From: Lophium mytilinum
Taxonomy: Eukaryota
Length of the DNA: 64,000 bases
Reading direction: 5' to 3'
Assembly (NCBI GenBank): GCA_010093605.1
Contig: MU004199.1
Coordinates: 868,001-932,000, forward strand
Shown here: positions 61,838 to 64,000 of the stretch, piece after piece
Position numbering within the stretch: position 1 is the stretch's first letter
Layout of the letters: the number at the start of each line of letters is the position of its first letter
Translations under genes and position numbers: made by a program
Notes under the pieces: model-generated
The model's input: the letters and a program-made list of their open reading frames with translations, nothing else
What the model was told of the DNA's origin: nothing
Database searches by the model: none

Positions 61838-62722
61838 ATGGCTGCTTCCTTTTTCTTAGTAATATGCATTGCTCTCGCTAGTTTTACCCACAGCCTCCAA
61901 GTCGACACGACCTCAGCCTACGTTAATCTCGAATAGCGCCTACGAAAACCTCGTCCTATACGTATCGACCACATCCGGGGAAGCAGACGTAGTCCTCTCC
62001 GACATCGCCTCCGCAGGCGACGGGAAATACTGGTACTTCGATATTTCAGGCTCCACCTACGCTATTACGCCGAAATCGTTCCCAGCCTACCGCCTGGACG
62101 GCCATTACTACAACAAGGTCCCATACCTCAGCGTAGCAAGCACTCTGCTGGGCGGGCAGGTATGCACATTGACACGTGGTCGGATGGGTCGTACAAGCTT
62201 TGGCAGGACTGCTGTGGTGATGGCTTCACGCTTGCGGCGATGAGCAATAGGAGGACAACGAATGTAACTGAGGGGAATGACGATTCGCACCGGTGGTCGC
62301 TGGCGGCGAGTTCGACTACTTCGAGCGTATCGAGCACATTAAGCGCATCGTCCACATCAACTATAACTTCAGCCTCATTAACGTCGTCAAGTGCTCCGAT
62401 AATCCCGACTTCAGCATCGCAGACGGCGTTGCCGACCGTAATTCCATCTCCAAGCCAGTCGAGTTCCACGAAAAACGGCGGGCTGTCCGCGGGCGCGAAG
62501 GGCGGTATTGGTGCCGGCGTCGGTGTGGGAGCCATCCTATTCATAGTACTAGGCTTTATAGTCTGGAAAAAACGAAAGAGGACAGGCGATGGAAGCCTCG
62601 AACTTCCCGAAGCGCATCCACAACCAAGTCATAGTGACCAGTACGAGCATGGGATAGCTGGTGGGCGCGCGAAATTGGAGGCCCCTAAACCAGCTTGGAT
62701 GTCTTCATACGGAGGAGGCTGA
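61838..62722 (+). pseudogene. Frameshifted type I membrane protein: signal peptide, beta-rich (ricin-B-like) ectodomain, Ser/Thr stalk, TM helix
   Basis: Signal peptide MAASFFLVICIALASFTHS stops at about 61936. The sequence continues in ORF 61869-62243 (ISNSAYENLVL...GGQ) and then in ORF 62162-62722 (HIDTWSDGSYKLWQ...GLSAGAKGGIGAGVGVGAILFIVLGFIVWKKRKR). Two 1-nt shifts at about 61924 and 62163. Confidence 0.65.
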
Positions 62723-63454
62723 GGACTGGGATTGCATACTTCGGGAGATGCTGTTTCGGTGGAGCGCTGAATCCTTGGACGCTTTCAGAGTGCCGTACCC
62801 GCAATGCGGGTCGTTTATGGTATCTTTCTGACCTTTAGTTGTGCGGTGCTACGACAATGCGGAGAGAGGAGTCGCGTAGATATTCTAATTGACAGGTGTG
62901 CGTAAAACGATTTAGGAGTCTACCCGTAGTTCCGCATGATGAGAATCCAGAACAAATACCGATTTTGCGGCGCTAGACAGGAATTAAACGGACGATCTAG
63001 CTGGGCGTATTAATGCTGTAGTATGTTTGTAAAGACACCTGGTTTCACGAACGTGGGCTTACCCATGCCACAGGTGCCGTCAAGTCTTATCGAAAACGCG
63101 TCCAGCGTTATAAGTCTTGTAAGGGCAACAATGGGCTCCTTACTCGCGAACCTGGGTCTTATAGAAAAAGACAGTACGTGCTAGCGGCATACAACTGAAA
63201 AGGTTGTGGTACTTAAGATCACGTGATACAACCCGCCAAGACATGTGGAGACGAATTGATGGCATGTGACAATTCGAACTTTTTCAGACTTTCACATGTT
63301 GCTCGTAACCACGCGTTCGCTAGGATTGGCATTCGAAGAACATGTCGAGATTCGGAGAGAAATCTGCCCAGTAAATGAGAATCAGATTATATTATTTGTA
63401 CAACAATTGGGAAAGTACAGAACACCAATGCTAATTCGACATGCTTTCAACCGC

Positions 63455-64000
63455 TCACAACTTTGGCTTCGATATGATGAACGAGTTTCCCTTCTGCAGC
63501 CACGAGACGGCATCTCCAACCAGCTCGTCTACGATGGCCTTGGCGCTCTTCTTCTCATTAACAACGGCAGCAGCCTTGCCCATGAGGAACGGACGGGCGT
63601 TGTCCATAGTCTCGTCATCAATATCGTCGCCCATCTTTTCTAGGTCGTGCTCAGCGGGGATGATACCCTTGCCTGTTAGCTCCTTGATTTCCTGCTGCCT
63701 GTTCTCTTCCCAATTCGCGATGTATGGGTTGGTGCGCACTCGGAGCGGCCGGCCGGTGAAAATAATTGTGCGAACGTTGTCATCAAAGCCAGAAGTGCGG
63801 ACGGCTTCTTGGTGGGCTTTCGGGGCGCCAGCCTCCTCTGACAGAATGAAGCGTGTGCCGATCCAAACAGCGGAGGCGCCGAGCATTAGCGCAGCAGCGA
63901 GAGATTGGCCGTTGTAGAGACCGCCAGCAGCGATGATCTGTACCTGGGCACCAGTCATAGGTGACTTATGACCCTTAACGAGCTCGACAACGGCCGGGAT
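63455..64000 (-). CDS. Nitronate monooxygenase / 2-nitropropane dioxygenase family FMN enzyme, 3' part
   Basis: IIAAGGLYNGQSLAAALMLGASAVWIGTRFI, RTIIFTGRPLRV and PFLMGKAAAVV. Runs off the window end. Confidence 0.92.
   Translation of the reverse strand: MPAVVELVKGHKSPMTGAQVQIIAAGGLYNGQSLAAALMLGASAVWIGTRFILSEEAGAPKAHQEAVRTSGFDDNVRTIIFTGRPLRVRTNPYIANWEENRQQEIKELTGKGIIPAEHDLEKMGDDIDDETMDNARPFLMGKAAAVVNEKKSAKAIVDELVGDAVSWLQKGNSFIISKPKL

Noticed and set aside
49300..62800. Starship or other large mobile element
   Set aside because: No tyrosine recombinase (DUF3435), transposase, reverse transcriptase or terminal repeats are visible in the window. The accessory nature is inferred from gene content only.

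Overview
Filamentous ascomycete (Pezizomycotina) nuclear DNA with short GT-AG introns and CTRAC branch sites, so most six-frame ORFs are exons or antisense shadows. All gene models were spliced by eye and no searches were run. Left arm (1-15 kb): the 3' part of a CorA-like membrane-protein gene, then a Gre2-like reductase, DHA1 MFS transporter, NOR-1-like SDR and Zn2Cys6 factor. From 15.7 to 25 kb there is an unusual block: an arginyl-tRNA synthetase paralog with a degenerate HIGH motif, then a second CorA-like gene lacking the GMN motif. That gene is bracketed by two convergent, paralogous three-exon genes for small Cys-rich proteins that the ORF track misses. The middle (30-49 kb) holds conserved genes: NmrA-like, eIF3g/TIF35, AKR1, a gamma-glutamylcyclotransferase-like gene, a SET3-like PHD-SET gene and an ABCC transporter. 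The right arm (49-63 kb) looks accessory. It has three degenerate tandem arrays (one unit is also dispersed at about 5.9, 11.7 and 59.7 kb), small genes sharing an N-terminal coiled-coil exon fused to an atypical C2H2-like finger or a bromodomain, a third Cys-rich microprotein, an SRPK-like kinase and a frameshifted lectin-like membrane gene. The window ends inside a nitronate monooxygenase.
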